The translations under genes and the position numbers were made by a program. The notes beneath the pieces were generated by a model. It worked only from the letters and a program-made list of their open reading frames with translations, ran no database searches and was not told the DNA's origin. From Chrysemys picta bellii (taxonomy: Eukaryota), in the NCBI RefSeq assembly GCF_011386835.1, contig NC_088794.1, positions 3,968,001 to 4,032,000 of the forward strand: a DNA stretch of 64,000 nucleotides. Direction: 5' to 3'. This document shows positions 23,224 to 35,139 of this stretch, piece after piece (within the stretch, counting starts at the first letter, position 1; every line of letters begins with the position of its first letter).

Positions 23224-24369
23224 CCAAAGCTGGGGACCGGCCAGGGAGTCTTGCTGGGAATCGGGGAGTCTGGGCCTGGGTCAGGCTGGGAGGTCTGTGA
23301 GCCCTGTTGCCTCAGAGGAAATCTCTCGCCTTCCCTGCTCCCTGGTAGCCAGTTCTGATCTGAGCACTGCAGGTGCTGCCCCCTAGCCCGGGGGCATCTG
23401 TCTGGGCTCAAGCTCACCACCCGCCCCATCCTGCAGCCCCGAATCCCCCTCTGAACTGAGTAGGGGGAGGGACTAACTCCACCCCAGGCACTGCCCCTCC
23501 CTACCTAGTCTGGTCTGCCCCAGCTGATGCCTCCAGTGCAGCTGGCAGAGGCCACCCCTTTATTGGTCTGCTGGAGGATAACAGCCTACTACCGCTGCCA
23601 GATGATGGAGTGACTCCTTTAGCTCAGCTGGAGTCTCGTAGCTGTTTCAGTTGGTGGCGTTACTCCTCTAGTGTCATGGCTCCATTGAGCGGCTCATGTG
23701 CTAGGGGACAACAACCTACTGCCAGAGCCGGAGTCCACAACCACTTAGGGATATAAACAGAGGACTCTAGATTTCCTTCCTGTGCTTATTCCCCCATCCT
23801 GTCCCCACTGGCATCACTTCCTCTCCAGCCACTGCAAGGATCAGCAAGGGAATAGTGAATGCCAAAGTCGGCAGGCGGAGATTGAGAGGCGCAAGGACGT
23901 TCATGCTCAGAGCGATGGGCTCAGGCTCTCTGCAGACCTAGGCAGGGTGGCTGCATTGGTTACAAGCAGGACAGCTCCCCCATCTCAAGGCAATTGGCTC
24001 AGGCAGGCATCAGTTACCCCTGGAACTTTATCTCTCAGAGTTGAAGGAGAAACTGATGATACCAGTCCGGTATTTCTTTGATGCAATCCTGTTTATTTAC
24101 AAAGGGCAGACACAAAGTCCTGTTTCTCTGACCCTAAGGGGAATCAAAACAGCAGGAGACAGTTTCTTTGCTCACAATCCCATGCCTCCTTCCAGCCAGC
24201 GCTCTGCCCAAAAATCTCACCCTGAGCTGTTTCTCAGGGGTCCCGCTACCAGTACTTTTGTCAAAATGAAACACTTTGATTGCCCTGAAACCGAATTTGC
24301 TTTTGGAGAGAATTCCAAAAGTGTCGACAATTGTTGGAATCTTCATGGGAATCGCATTTCTATGCCCAC

Positions 24370-24937
24370 ATAAACCCCTTTCGGCAATGGTGGCACAGGT
24401 GGGTAGGGGTGTCTCCACCTTGGTGTCCATAGTGGGATCCCTTGCCCCCTTGGGGCACCATAGGTTGCGCTGTCAGTTCTGAGCAGTGGGTGAATCCCCA
24501 GCCGTAGTCAGGGCAGAGATGGGGTTCCCCTGCGTGGTGGGTGGCCTGCCGGTGGCTGAGGTATCGTTGATGCTGAGGAGGCTGGAGGGACGGGTGAATT
24601 TCGGCTGCATTGAGAGCATCAGTAGGCATTCCCCACAATCACGGGACATGGATGCTAAGAGTGCTGTCATGTGCGTCTTCCTGGATCCCCAGAACGGCCC
24701 ACGCAGATCTGCTGCTGCTCCCTCAGGATTCTGGGAAACGTCTTCTTGGGATCTCCCCAAGAATGTCCCGTGCAGATCCTTTCCCGCAGGATTCTGGGAT
24801 ACGTCCCCTCAGTGTCCGCTTGGAACGGCCTGCACAGATCTGCTCCCTCTGCATTCTGGGACACGTCCCCTTGGGGTCTTCAAGGGAACGTCCTGCACGG
24901 ATCCTGTCCTTGATGGGGATCCTCTTCCTGACACCTG
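24370..24937 (-). pseudogene. Decayed C2H2-ZNF terminal exon (frameshifted spacer plus 2-3 broken fingers)
   Basis: Acceptor ctctcccAG|CAGGTG (same as ZNF gene 4). Spacer motifs GDVSQNAEG / GRSQEDVSQNPEG. Broken fingers CPDYGWGFTHCSELTAQ and LCHHCRKGF in different frames; in-frame stop. Confidence 0.6.
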
Positions 24938-25699
24938 CTGGGAGAGGGGGATGGGGGAGGGATCCAGCCAGGGCTCATTCCCTGCGCTGGGAAGAGGGGG
25001 AAGGTCCGGGAGGGGGCAGGCACTCCTGTAACAGGCCATAATTACAAAGGGCCTCTGGCCAAGATCAGGGGCCCCCTTGTGCTGAGGGCTGCGCAGTCTA
25101 AACAGACCTTTCGCTCCCCGTTACCTGGGCTTTGCTTTTCAGAACGAGTCAGCAAGAGGTTCGTGTCTGGAGCAGCTGGTGCCAGTGACGATGAAGAAAT
25201 CTCAGGAGGGGGCCAGGGTGTTTCCCTGCTGCGCAGGTGGATCATAATCTGCTCCCTAGAGGACAGCATGAAGGAGATGACAATCTCCTAATTCCCTGGG
25301 GTGAATCAGGACTCCTGGGTTCTTCTATCCCAGCTCAGGGACGGGAATCTAGTGGGTTAGAGCAGGGGTGGCTGTGAACCAGGACTCCTGGGTTCGATCC
25401 TGATCCTGGCCCTGGAAGGGGAGTAATGGGTTAGAGGGGGAATAGGAAAAGGACCAGGACTCCTGGGTTCAATCCTAGCCCTGGAAGGGGAGTAGTGGGT
25501 TGGGGGGGGGGATATGGGAGCCAGGACTCCTGGGTTCGATCCTGGCCCTGGGAGAGAAGTGGACTGGGAAGTTTAAAGCAGGGTGGGCTGGGAGTCAGGT
25601 CTCCTGGGTTCTAACCCCAGCTCTGACTAAGCTGCTGAATTTCTCCGGGCCTCAGTTTCCCTGGCTGTGAAATGGGGATAAGAATTCTTCCTTCGTCAG

Positions 25700-26500
25700 A
25701 TGAGAGTGTCAGTTCTGTGGGGGCGGGGGCGCTCTCACCCAGTGCGTGTGGGCAGGGCCCCGATCCCGGTGGGGGTGTGCAGCACCGATCTCAGCTGTAT
25801 TAATAACCAGCTCCTTCCAGTTGGCAGGCCGGAGCCCAGAGCCGGGAGACGAGTGGAGCTTGGCCCGCCCCAGCTGCGGAGGGTGAGCGGGGTTACACGG
25901 GGCGGAAATGGATGATGCTGGGGGGAGCCCCGCAGCAGTCCCGCTACCCCCCAAGGGACTACATTTCCCAGCATGCCTCGGCCCTTTAACCCTCCGCTCG
26001 CCACAGCTCTGAGAGGAGGCTGAGTCGGGGCAGGAGGAACTCGCCCCGGGGTGGGGTGGGGTGTGGTGCACGGGGGTTACCTATCACTGCCTGTGAGTCC
26101 CAGAAGCGGGGAGCCGGCCCCTGCTCTAACCACTAGACCCCACTCCCCTCCCAGAACCGGGGATCGAACCCAGGAGTCCTGGCTCCCAGCCCCCGCATCC
26201 CTGCACCATGCAGAAATGCAAATGCATCAACACAGGCTCTTTTTTATTTGCAATCCCACTGATGCCAATAGAGCCAGGCCAGGATCTGATCTCGGAGACG
26301 CCGGCATGAAGCCGGAGCGACCCCACTGACGCGAGGGGGGCCGGGGCCAGACTCTGAGCTCCGCCGTCCGCCGATGAGCCCGGCATGTTTATTCCACCCT
26401 TGCACTGGCCACAAGGCCCATCCGCGGGGCACAGATGGCTGCGCGGAACGGAAACGCGGTGGTTTTGTTTCCTACGTACAGGCAGCCTCAGCCGATAACA
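25700..26500. promoter_or_regulatory. CpG island with ZNF143/SBS motif ACTACATTTCCCAGCATGCC (25958-25977)
   Basis: Near-consensus ACTACAnnTCCCAGCATGC; ETS-like GCGGAAAT upstream. Divergent candidate donors at 25738 (-) and 26093 (+). Confidence 0.7.
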
Positions 26501-27587
26501 TCCCAGGAGGTGTCTGAGCCACAGGAAGGATGTCCTGGACTTGTGCCTCAAATGAACTGGGGAGCAGGACCGGGGAAGCCCAAGCCCAGGCTGGCGGCAG
26601 AGACCGGGCCTCGGGCAGTCCTGCCTAGTGGCTAGAGCAGACCTCCGGCCCCGGGGTCAGAGCAGGCAGCGATAGCCAGGAAGAGGAGCCCAGGGCCAGT
26701 GGCCAGATGCCGGAGCCGAGAAATGGGGCACCTCCCCAGGCTGGACTCAGGAGATGAGTTTGACGTCCCTGGGGAGGAGCAGCGTCCGGCTCCCCAGGCT
26801 CACAGGACCCTCGCCAGGCTCTTCCCTTGCCCTGATTTCTGCTGACGAGGTGCCACTCGGCTAGAGAGGCGAGAGATTCTTTTGATGGCTGCTGAGACCC
26901 CAACTAATTCTCTCTTCTGACCCCCACATCCAGCCCCATAAACCATTCAGGCCCCTCACAGCACGTCTCCCCAACCCATGTACCTCTCCGAAATAGTCAG
27001 ACTCCCCTCCCAGAGCCAGGGATGGAACCCAGGAGTCCTGGCTCCCAGTCCCCCCTGCTCTAACCCACCAGACCCCATTCCCCTCCCAGAGCCAGGGATG
27101 GAACCCAGGAGTCCTGGCTCCCAGCCCTGCCCCTGCTCTAACCCACCAGACCCCATTCCCCTCCCAGAGCCAGGGATGGAACCCAGGAGTCCTGGCTCCC
27201 AGCCCCCCCCTGCTCTAACCATCAGACCCCACTCCCCTCCCAGAGCCAGGGATGGAATCCAGAAGTCCTGGCTCCCAGCTGCAGGAGGGAGTGGGGTTTA
27301 CCTCCATCGGGGGGGGCAGTACAGCACCTGATGCAACAGGGCCCCCGATCTCAATGATGGGGTCAGTGCACACCCAGTGTGACAGGGCCTCTGATTTTGG
27401 TCGGGGCGGGAGGGTCAGTGCAGTGCACACCACAATGGGGCCCTGCTGTCCAAATATTATAACACACGTAACCAATTAAAACAACGTGTAAAAGAATTTA
27501 CAATCAATATCTTCTTTTAGCCGAGCTTTTCAAACACTTGCGCCAGGTTGGCCTGGGAGGGCGTGTGGGGGGGAGCCTCCTCGGAGG

Positions 27588-27803
27588 CAGGGCCGGCTCC
27601 AGGGTTTTGGCCGCCCCAAGCAGCAAAAAAAAAAAAAGCCGCGATCGCGATCTGCAGCGGCAATTCGACGGGAGGTCCTTCGCTCCGAGGCAGAGTGAGG
27701 GACTGTCCGCCGAATTGCCACCGAATACCTGGACGTGCCGCCCCTCTCCGGAGCGGCCGCTCCAAGCACCTGCTTGACAAGCTGGTGCCTGGAGCCGGCC
27801 CTG
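27588..27803. mobile_element. hAT-type MITE with perfect 8-bp TSD
   Basis: TIR cagggccggctccagg / cctggagccggccctg; TSD ctcggagg at 27580-27587 and 27804-27811. Confidence 0.92.
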
Positions 27804-27859
27804 CTCGGAGGACTCAAAGCCTTAGAAATCAGGGTGTCAAATTTCTATTCTCCTGCTTT

Positions 27860-29480
27860 TTTCAGGCAGCTAAACAGCCACTAAAATTCAATATTTTTAA
27901 ATCAGCACATCTGGCTAACTTGCATCCAAGAGTTTTAAAAGAACTGGCCAAGGAGTTGCTGGACGGAAAATGTTTATTTTCAATAAGCCGCAGGGCACCA
28001 GGGAAGTTCCAGAAGACTGGAAGAAAGCTAATGTTGTGCCAATATTTAAAAAGGGTAAATGGGGAATTGGAGGCCTGTTTGTCTGACCTCGATGCTGGGC
28101 AAAATAATGGAGCAGCTGACACAGGAATCCATTAATAATAAATGAAAGGAGGGTCCTATAATTAATGCCAATCAGTGTGGGTTTACGGAAAATAGATCCC
28201 GTCAAACTAACTTGATATCCCTTTTTGTGATGAGCTGGGAATACTGGTGCCGCGCATGAAGACCTCGGACCACACCATCGTCACCCCGACCACCAGAACG
28301 ATGCTGGAAAGGACCCTGAAAGACACCATCCGCTGCCACTACACTGAGAACCTCAAGCGGAAGCCGGACCAGGGCAAGTTTGCTTGATAAAGGTAATCAT
28401 GTTGACATAACAGACTTCTGTAAGGCGTTTGACTTGGTACGGCCCGACATTTTGATTAAAAACTAGAATTATATAAAGTGACCATGGCCCACATTAACTG
28501 CGTTAAAAACTGGCTAACTGATAGATCTCAAACTGTAGCCGTAACCAGGGAATGGTCATTGGGCGGGCGTGTTTCTAGCGGGGTCCCTCAGGGAGCGGTT
28601 CTTGGCCCTACGCTATGTAACATTTTTATCAATGACCTGGAAGCTGACATAAAATCGTCACCAAGAAAGTTTGCAGGTGCCACACAAATTGAGGAAGTGA
28701 TAAAGAATGAAGAGGCCGGGTCACGGGGTGTTTTAATACGGCTCAATGTAAATGCATCCATCTAGGAACAAAGAATGTCGACCGTGCTTACGGGCTGGGG
28801 GACGCTCTCCTGGGAAGCAGCAAGATTTGGGGGTCATGGTGGGTAATCAGCTGGACATGAGCTACCGGTGAGCCAAAGAGCTAATGTGATCCGGTGGGGT
28901 GCATAAGCCGGGGACTCTCCAGGAGCAGAGAGGTTCTTTTACTTCTGTGTCTGGTCCTGGTGCGACTGCTGCTGGAATTCAGTTCTGGTTCCATTCAAGA
29001 AAGATGTTGAGAAATTGCAGAGGGTTCAGAGAAGAGCTGCGAGAATGATTAAGGGATTAGAAAACCTGCCGTATAGTGACAGACTCAGGGAGCTCCATCT
29101 ATTTAGCTTAAGAAAGAGAAGGTCTTGAGGTGACTTGATCCCAGTCTAGAAATATCTACACGGGGAACAAAGATTTGATAACAGGCTTGTCAGTCTAGCA
29201 GACAAAAGGTCTAACATGCTCCAATGGCTTGAAGTTGAAGCTAGACAAATTCAGCCTAGAAATACGGGGAAAGTTTTGACCAGTGAGGGTAATTAACCAC
29301 TGGACCACTTTACTAAGGGGTTGCAGTGGATTCTCCATCCCTAACCATTTTAAAATCAGAAGGGGATGTTTTTCAAAAAGCTCTGCACTGGGAATGATTT
29401 TGGGGGACGTTCTCTGGCCCGTTACCCAGAAAGTCCGGCTAGATGATCACAATGGTCCCCTCTGCCTTTGGAATCTATGA
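27860..29480 (+). mobile_element. Degenerate CR1-type LINE (RT region to 3' end)
   Basis: NLHPRVLKELAKEL, SSGVPQGAVLGPTLCNIFINDLE..KFA; many frameshifts; tail gaatctatgaat. Confidence 0.88.
28235..28378 (+). mobile_element. Foreign non-LTR retrotransposon fragment (R2/NeSL/Utopia-like) inside the CR1
   Basis: Reads LGILVPRMKTSDHTIVTPTTRTMLERTLKDTIRCHYTENLKRKPDQGK; GC-richer than its flanks and interrupts the CR1 'gatgag...aagttt' segment. Confidence 0.5.
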
Positions 29481-29633
29481 ATAGAACCCAGGAATCCTGG
29501 CTCCCAACCCCTCCCCTGCTCTGACCCACATGACTTCACTCTCCTTCCAGAGCTGGGGATAGAACCCACGAGTCCCAGGTCTGGGGTACAGCCTTCCCTT
29601 GAACCTTGGTAGTATGAGCACAGAAGTAGGCCC

Positions 29634-30202
29634 TGTGACGAAGTGGGAATGTTCATAATGTTTTCACTGAATACTGTGTGTGTGCCTCAGTTTCCCCTAT
29701 GCATTTCTTAAGTATCTAGGTGGTGGGATAAGGGGGTGGGATTGTTGCAGAGCCCTAGAGAGCCAGTGTGATGCCGTCTGCACAGAGAATGGCCGACACT
29801 CTGTCTCCTGGCAACTGATGGCCTGGGCCCTTCCCCTGCAAAGGTGCCAACTGAAGGTGTTGGAGAACAAAGAGATCAGATGACCTCCTGGCCCAGGAAA
29901 GAGACAAAGGCTAGAGGAAGGCTGGAGGGGGTTTTCAGTTTGGAGCTGGCTGGGGAAACAGAGGGAACCCCAGCCAAGATGGACCTGACTGAGGGGGTCC
30001 TGAGCCCCAGGGCTGGGGTCTAAGCTCCCTGCCCCCCAAGATGGACCTGACTGAGGGGTCCTGTTGTCTGTACCTACAAGCTCTGGTTTGGACTGTGTTC
30101 CTGTCATCTAATAAACCTTCTGTTTTACTGGCTGGCTGAGAGTCCCGGGGAATCGCAGGAAGTGGGGGGTGCAGGGCCCTGACTCCCCCACACTCCGTGA
30201 CA
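29634..30202 (+). mobile_element. Solo LTR (569 bp)
   Basis: TG...CA termini (tgtgacg / cgtgaca), 5-bp TSD ggccc on both sides, internal AATAAA at about 30110. Confidence 0.88.
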
Positions 30203-30494
30203 GGCCCTGTTCATGGAATTGTAGGAGGCCTCCGTTATAGTCCAGATATAGCCCCATCCTCTGGCGCATCACCCCAAAAGAAACAGAACCCAGATGGGGA
30301 CCCCAGACCTGTGTTTTTGAGCAGCGAGTGAGTCATCCCCGTGCCGCATCACTGTGCGGCTGTTCCCCAGCTGTCCCACCCCAGAGATGGTTGCATCTCA
30401 GCGCTGGGGTGCAGAGGACACATTTGCTTGGTTTAGGAGGGCTGGGGCTGCATGGGGGTGCTGTTAAATGACTGGCACAGAGGCACATGAGCAG

Positions 30495-30500
30495 TTTAAT
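30495..30500 (-). terminator. Candidate BCL7C polyadenylation signal (ATTAAA)
   Basis: About 430 nt downstream of the BCL7C stop on the - strand. Confidence 0.45.
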
Positions 30501-30930
30501 AGCAAAGTCTATTGTTCAGACCAAAAAAATACGTATATACACCGAGAATGTAAAATCCACCCAGGCCCCCTCAGAGTCTGGCATCAGGGGATGCTGCCCA
30601 TCTTTCCCTACCCATGTCCCATCTCCTCCCACAAAGGAGAGAGCCCAGGAGTCCTGACTCCCATTCCTCCTGCTCTAACCACTAGACCACACTCTCCTCT
30701 CAGAGCTGGGGAGAGAACCCAGGAGTCCTGGCTCCCATCCCCCCTGCTCTAACCCACCAGCCTCCACTCCCCTCCGAGGAGTCCTGACCCAACGCCAACA
30801 TCCTCTTCAAAGTGTCTTTGGTCCTTGTGCATTTGGCAAGCATGATTCACCTCCCGCCCAGCTCCCCCTCTGCCCCCCATGCTCTCCAGTGCGGCACAAA
30901 GCCGGGGAGAGGGCAGGGAGGAGGCTAGGT

Positions 30931-31077
30931 CTATGGAGAGTGGGGGACACCCATTTCCTGCTCCTCGGGGCAGATGCGCTTCAGGGGAGGTGCCCCCATG
31001 GACTCATCGTCCTCTTCTTCCAGCACTGGCTGCGGGAAGGTTGGGGCCGTCTCAAAGGGGGGTGCATCCTCTTGCCC
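30931..31077 (-). CDS. BCL7C: BCL7C coding exon 6 (GQEDAPPFETAPTFPQPVLEEEDDESMGAPPLKRICPEEQEMGVPHSP*)
   Basis: Acceptor ttccctttttccccaaAG|GGG; conserved GAPPLKRIC motif; TAG at 30931-30933. Confidence 0.8.
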   Translation of the reverse strand, partial: GQEDAPPFETAPTFPQPVLEEEDDESMGAPPLKRICPEEQEMGVPHSP

Positions 31078-31249
31078 CTTTGGGGAAAAAGGGAAGGGGT
31101 GTTATACTTTGAGAGAGAGCATCTGGGGGGATGGACACCCCCAGCAACCTTGGTATGCCAGCCTCGATCCCACCCAGAGATCCCCATCAACCTCCCTACA
31201 TTCTCCTGTGCCATGGGTAAGCACCCACCCCAACATAAGCAATGAGACC

Positions 31250-31870
31250 TGCAGGCCAATGGCCCCACCTCCACCCAACTCAACCCAACCCTTCCAATGG
31301 CCCAACCTCCACCCAACCATTGCCAATGGCCCAACTCCACCCACCTAACCCAATCCAACCCAACCTTTGCCAATGGTTCAACCTCCACGCAACCCAACTC
31401 TGCCAATGGTTCAACCTCCACGCAACCCAACTCAACCCAACCTTCACCAATGGCCCAATCTCCACTCATCCCAACTCAACCCAATCTTTGCCAATGGTTC
31501 AACCTCCACCCCACCCAACCAAACCCAACCTTCACCAATAGCCCAACCTCTACTCAACCGAATGCAACTTTCACCACTGGCCCAGCCTCCACTCAGCCCA
31601 ACCTTCCCTAATAGTCGAACTTCAATCCAGCTCAACCCAACCACTGCCAATGGGCCAACCTCCACCGAACCCACCTCCCAGTCTCCACCCCACTCAACCC
31701 ACCCCCGCGCACCCTTCACCTCCATCCACCTGACCCAACACCTCAACTCCATACATCCCTCAATTCCACTCTTCCATGCATTTCCCCCGCACCATGCGCT
31801 CCCCAGTCTACACCCAACCCACCTCCCACGGCCCACCTCCATATACCCCTCACCCCTCAATTTCCCCATG
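31250..31870. repeat. CA-rich low-complexity repeat in BCL7C intron 5
   Basis: Repeating ccaatggcccaacctccacccaac motifs. Confidence 0.85.
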
Positions 31871-31873
31871 CAC

Positions 31874-31959
31874 CTGTGACTCCAGTAGGCCTGGAACAGG
31901 GTCCTCCTTGGTCAGCATGGGGGGCTCGTCCGTCCCCTCAAGCAGCAGCACCCCAGAGT
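31874..31959 (-). CDS. BCL7C: BCL7C coding exon 5 (DSGVLLLEGTDEPPMLTKEDPVPGLLESQ)
   Basis: AG|AC ... CAG|GT boundaries, 86 nt; conserved TDEPPMLTKE motif. Confidence 0.88.
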
Positions 31960-32251
31960 CTGCACCCAGAGAGGAACAAAGACAAGGGAGTACCCTGAGG
32001 TTATAGGTCCTTGGTGCCAGCTCACCACCAGTAATCCCATGCAGACACCCTCTGCTGTAGCCCTCCGGGAAGCACGGCCATCCGGCTGCCTGGGTCCCAT
32101 CCCCTCACTCCCTGGGGGCTTGAAGTGATGCCATCCTGGATTCCCTCACGCCCTAGGAGTGCTGGGGGTCCGGGGGTCCTGGGTTCCACTCGCTCCCTCC
32201 TCCTTTGGGGGCGGAGAACACAGCCTCCCTCCCCCGCACCACAGCACTTAC

Positions 32252-32413
32252 CCCCTTCCTGCCCCAGCATGGGGGGCTGCGAATCCTCCGCTTTCAGTTC
32301 CCCCAGCGGGGTGGGGGTTGCCGTCTGGCTGCGGTCGGGGGTGGGGCTGGAGCTGGTGTCTCCCCCCTTGGCCAGGGAGGTCTCAGACAGCGAGCTCTGG
32401 TTGCTGTTCTCAT
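32252..32413 (-). CDS. BCL7C: BCL7C coding exon 4 (DENSNQSSLSETSL...EDSQPPMLGQEG)
   Basis: tttgcAG|AT ... G|GTAAGT, 162 nt; BCL7 DENSNQSS motif. Confidence 0.9.
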
Positions 32414-32849
32414 CTGCAAAGGGGAGAGGGTTACAGGTGGGGGCCGTCTCGGATGCCTGGATCCCATCCCTCACTTCTCTGGAGGCTGGGGGTGCTGCTA
32501 TCCCGGATGCCTGGGTCCCATCCCCTCACTCCAGGAGTGCTGGGCACGCTTCCATCTCGGACGCCTGGGTCCCATCCTCTCACTCCAGACATGCTGGGCA
32601 CGCTGCCATCCCGGATGCCTGAGTCCCATCCTGTCATCCCCTGAGGGCTGGGAGCACAGACATCCCGGACACCTGGGTCCCATTCCCTTGCTCCCCAGGG
32701 ACCCTTTGGGGTGAACCTTTATGGTACCATCCCAAATGTCCAGTCCCATTCTGGACACCTGGGTCCCATCTCCTCAGTCTCTGGGAGCAGGGGGCAGAGT
32801 CCTGCTCCACCCTCCCGGATGAGGGCACCCGGATGAGCTAGTATTAATG

Positions 32850-35125
32850 GGGGATCTTCACCCCCCTGATATCTGCTGGAAAACGGTGGCAGCAAAACGT
32901 ACGACGTCCTGCCAATTCTCCGCGTGGGTAGGGGACAGCTTTCTGATCCAGACAGCTAAGGAAACAGTTTGGAGCTGGTTTGGACCAAGAGGGACGAATT
33001 AGTTGCCAACGTGAAGGTGGTCGGGAATTTGGGAGGAAGCGATCAGGATCTGACAGATTCCAAGATCCTGTGGAAAGGAGGACCTGAGAACAGCAAAACA
33101 AGGCCACTGGACTTCAGAAAGGCGGATGTCAACCGACTCGGAGAAATAGCAGGCACCGTCCCGTGGAAAGACCGATTAGGAAGAAAAGGAATCCAAGGGG
33201 GCTGGCCGTTCCTAAAAGATTTAATAATACTAGAGGCTCAACATCAAGCTATTCCGATGCCGAGGAAAGAGAAGAGCCCAGGTAGCTGCACAAGGAGCTT
33301 TTTAGCGATCTGAAACCCAAAAGGGATACAGACAGGAGGGGCATGTCACCAAGGACGTCTGCATGGGAACCGCAGGAGCGTGTAGGGCCACAATCAGGAA
33401 GGCCAAGACAAAGAATGAGTTACAGCTGGCAAGGAATGCTAAAGACAAGAAGGGGTTCTTCAAATACACCAGACAAAAAAGAAAGCTCAAAGACGGGGCG
33501 GGTCCTCTGCTCAGTGGAGAAGGTGAGCTGGTGATGGAAGATGATGGGAAGGCAGCGCTGCTCAATGTCTACTTTGCTGCAGTCTTCACACATAAAATGA
33601 CACATGTCCGGGCAACTCGTGAAGGTACCACAGACAAAAACGGGGAAGGACTGCAGCTCGGGATAAATAAAGCACACGTCGGCGATCTTCTGACCAACTT
33701 GAATGAATTCAAGTCAGCGGGGCCGGATGCTCTTCACCCCAGGGTGCTGATGGAATTAGCTGAAGACATCTCGGAGCCACTGGCAATAATATTTGCAAAT
33801 TCACGGATGATAGAAGAGGTCCCGGAAGGGCTACCCTAGTGCCCATCTTTGAAAAGGAGGAGCCGGGGAGCTATAGGCCAGTCAGCCTGACTTGGATACC
33901 TGGGAAGCTACTGGAGCAATGCATAAAACCTTCAATGGGTGAATACCGGGAGGATGAACGGGGTGAGCGCCAGCAGTCAGCGTGGATTTGCCAAGAACAA
34001 ATCCTGCCAAACCAGCTTGATTCCCTTCTTTGACAGGGTAACGGGTTTGGTGGATAGGGGGAAAGCGGTGGACGTAATATACCTGGATTTCAGCAAGGCT
34101 TTTGACACGGTCCCACGTGACATTCTGATAAGTAAGCTGGAAAAATGCGAGCTCAGAACAAATACCATTAGGTGGACACATAATTGGTTGAGTGACTATG
34201 AATGGAATGATGTCAGGTTCCAGGGAGGACTCAAGTGGGGTTCCATAGGGATCTGTTCTGGGTCCGGCGTTGTTTAACATCTTTATTAATGACCTGGCTG
34301 GAAGAATAGAAAGCATTCTGGTCACGTTTGCAGATGACACAAAGCTGGGGGCAGCGTGCCAACACTTTGGAAGGTAGAGGGATCTTGATACATTGGAGAA
34401 CTGGGCCACAGACAGAACGAAATTCAACATACACAACGGGAAATGACTGCCTAGGAAGGAGTACGGCAGAAAGGGATCTGGGGGTCAGAGTGGATCACAA
34501 GCTAAATATGAGTCAACAGTGTAACGCTGTTGCAAAACAAGCGACCATCATTCTGGGATGTGTTAGCAGGAGTGTTGTAAGCAAGACACGAGAAGTAATT
34601 ATTCTGCTCTACTCCGCGCTGATTAGGCCTCAACTGGAGTATTGTGTCCAGTTCTGGGTGCCACATTACAGGAAGGATGTGGACAAATTGGAGAAAGTCC
34701 AGAGAAGAGCAACAAAAATGATGAAAGGTCTAGAAAACATCACCTATGAGGGAAGATTGAAAGAACTGGGTTTGTTTAGTCTGGAGAAGAAAAGACTGAG
34801 AGGGGACATGAGAACAGTTTTCAAGTACGTAAAAGGTTGTTACAAGGAGGAAGAAGAATTGTTGTTCTTAACCTCTGAGGATAGAACAAGAAGCAATGGA
34901 CTTAAATTGCAGCAAGGGAGGTTTAGGTTGGACATTAGGAAAAACTTCCTGTCAGGGTGGTTAAACACCGGAATAAATTGCCTAGGGAGGTTGTGGAATC
35001 TCCATCACTGGAGATATTTAAGAGCAGGTTGGACAAACACCTGCCAGGGATGGTCTAGATAATACTTAGTCCTGCCATGGGTGGAGGGGACTGGACTTGA
35101 TGACCTCTCGAGGTCCCTTCCAGTC
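32850..35125 (+). mobile_element. CR1 LINE, 5'-truncated (end of endonuclease, RT, 3'UTR), disrupted
   Basis: SDQDLTDSKIL, KSAGPDALHPRVL, GFAKNKSCQTSLIPFFD, VDVIYLDFSKAFDTVP, YCVQFWVPHYRKD; tail ctatgagtctatgattcta. Confidence 0.95.
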
Positions 35126-35139
35126 CTATGAGTCTATGA

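Noticed and set aside
25125-25255. Possible degenerate KRAB-B exon of the ZNF pseudogene (EQIMIHLRSRETPWPP)
   Set aside because: Weak similarity, and the acceptor phase (2) does not fit a KRAB-B exon.
32850-35125. Active CR1 retrotransposon
   Set aside because: 5'-truncated, with multiple frameshifts and stops across the RT.
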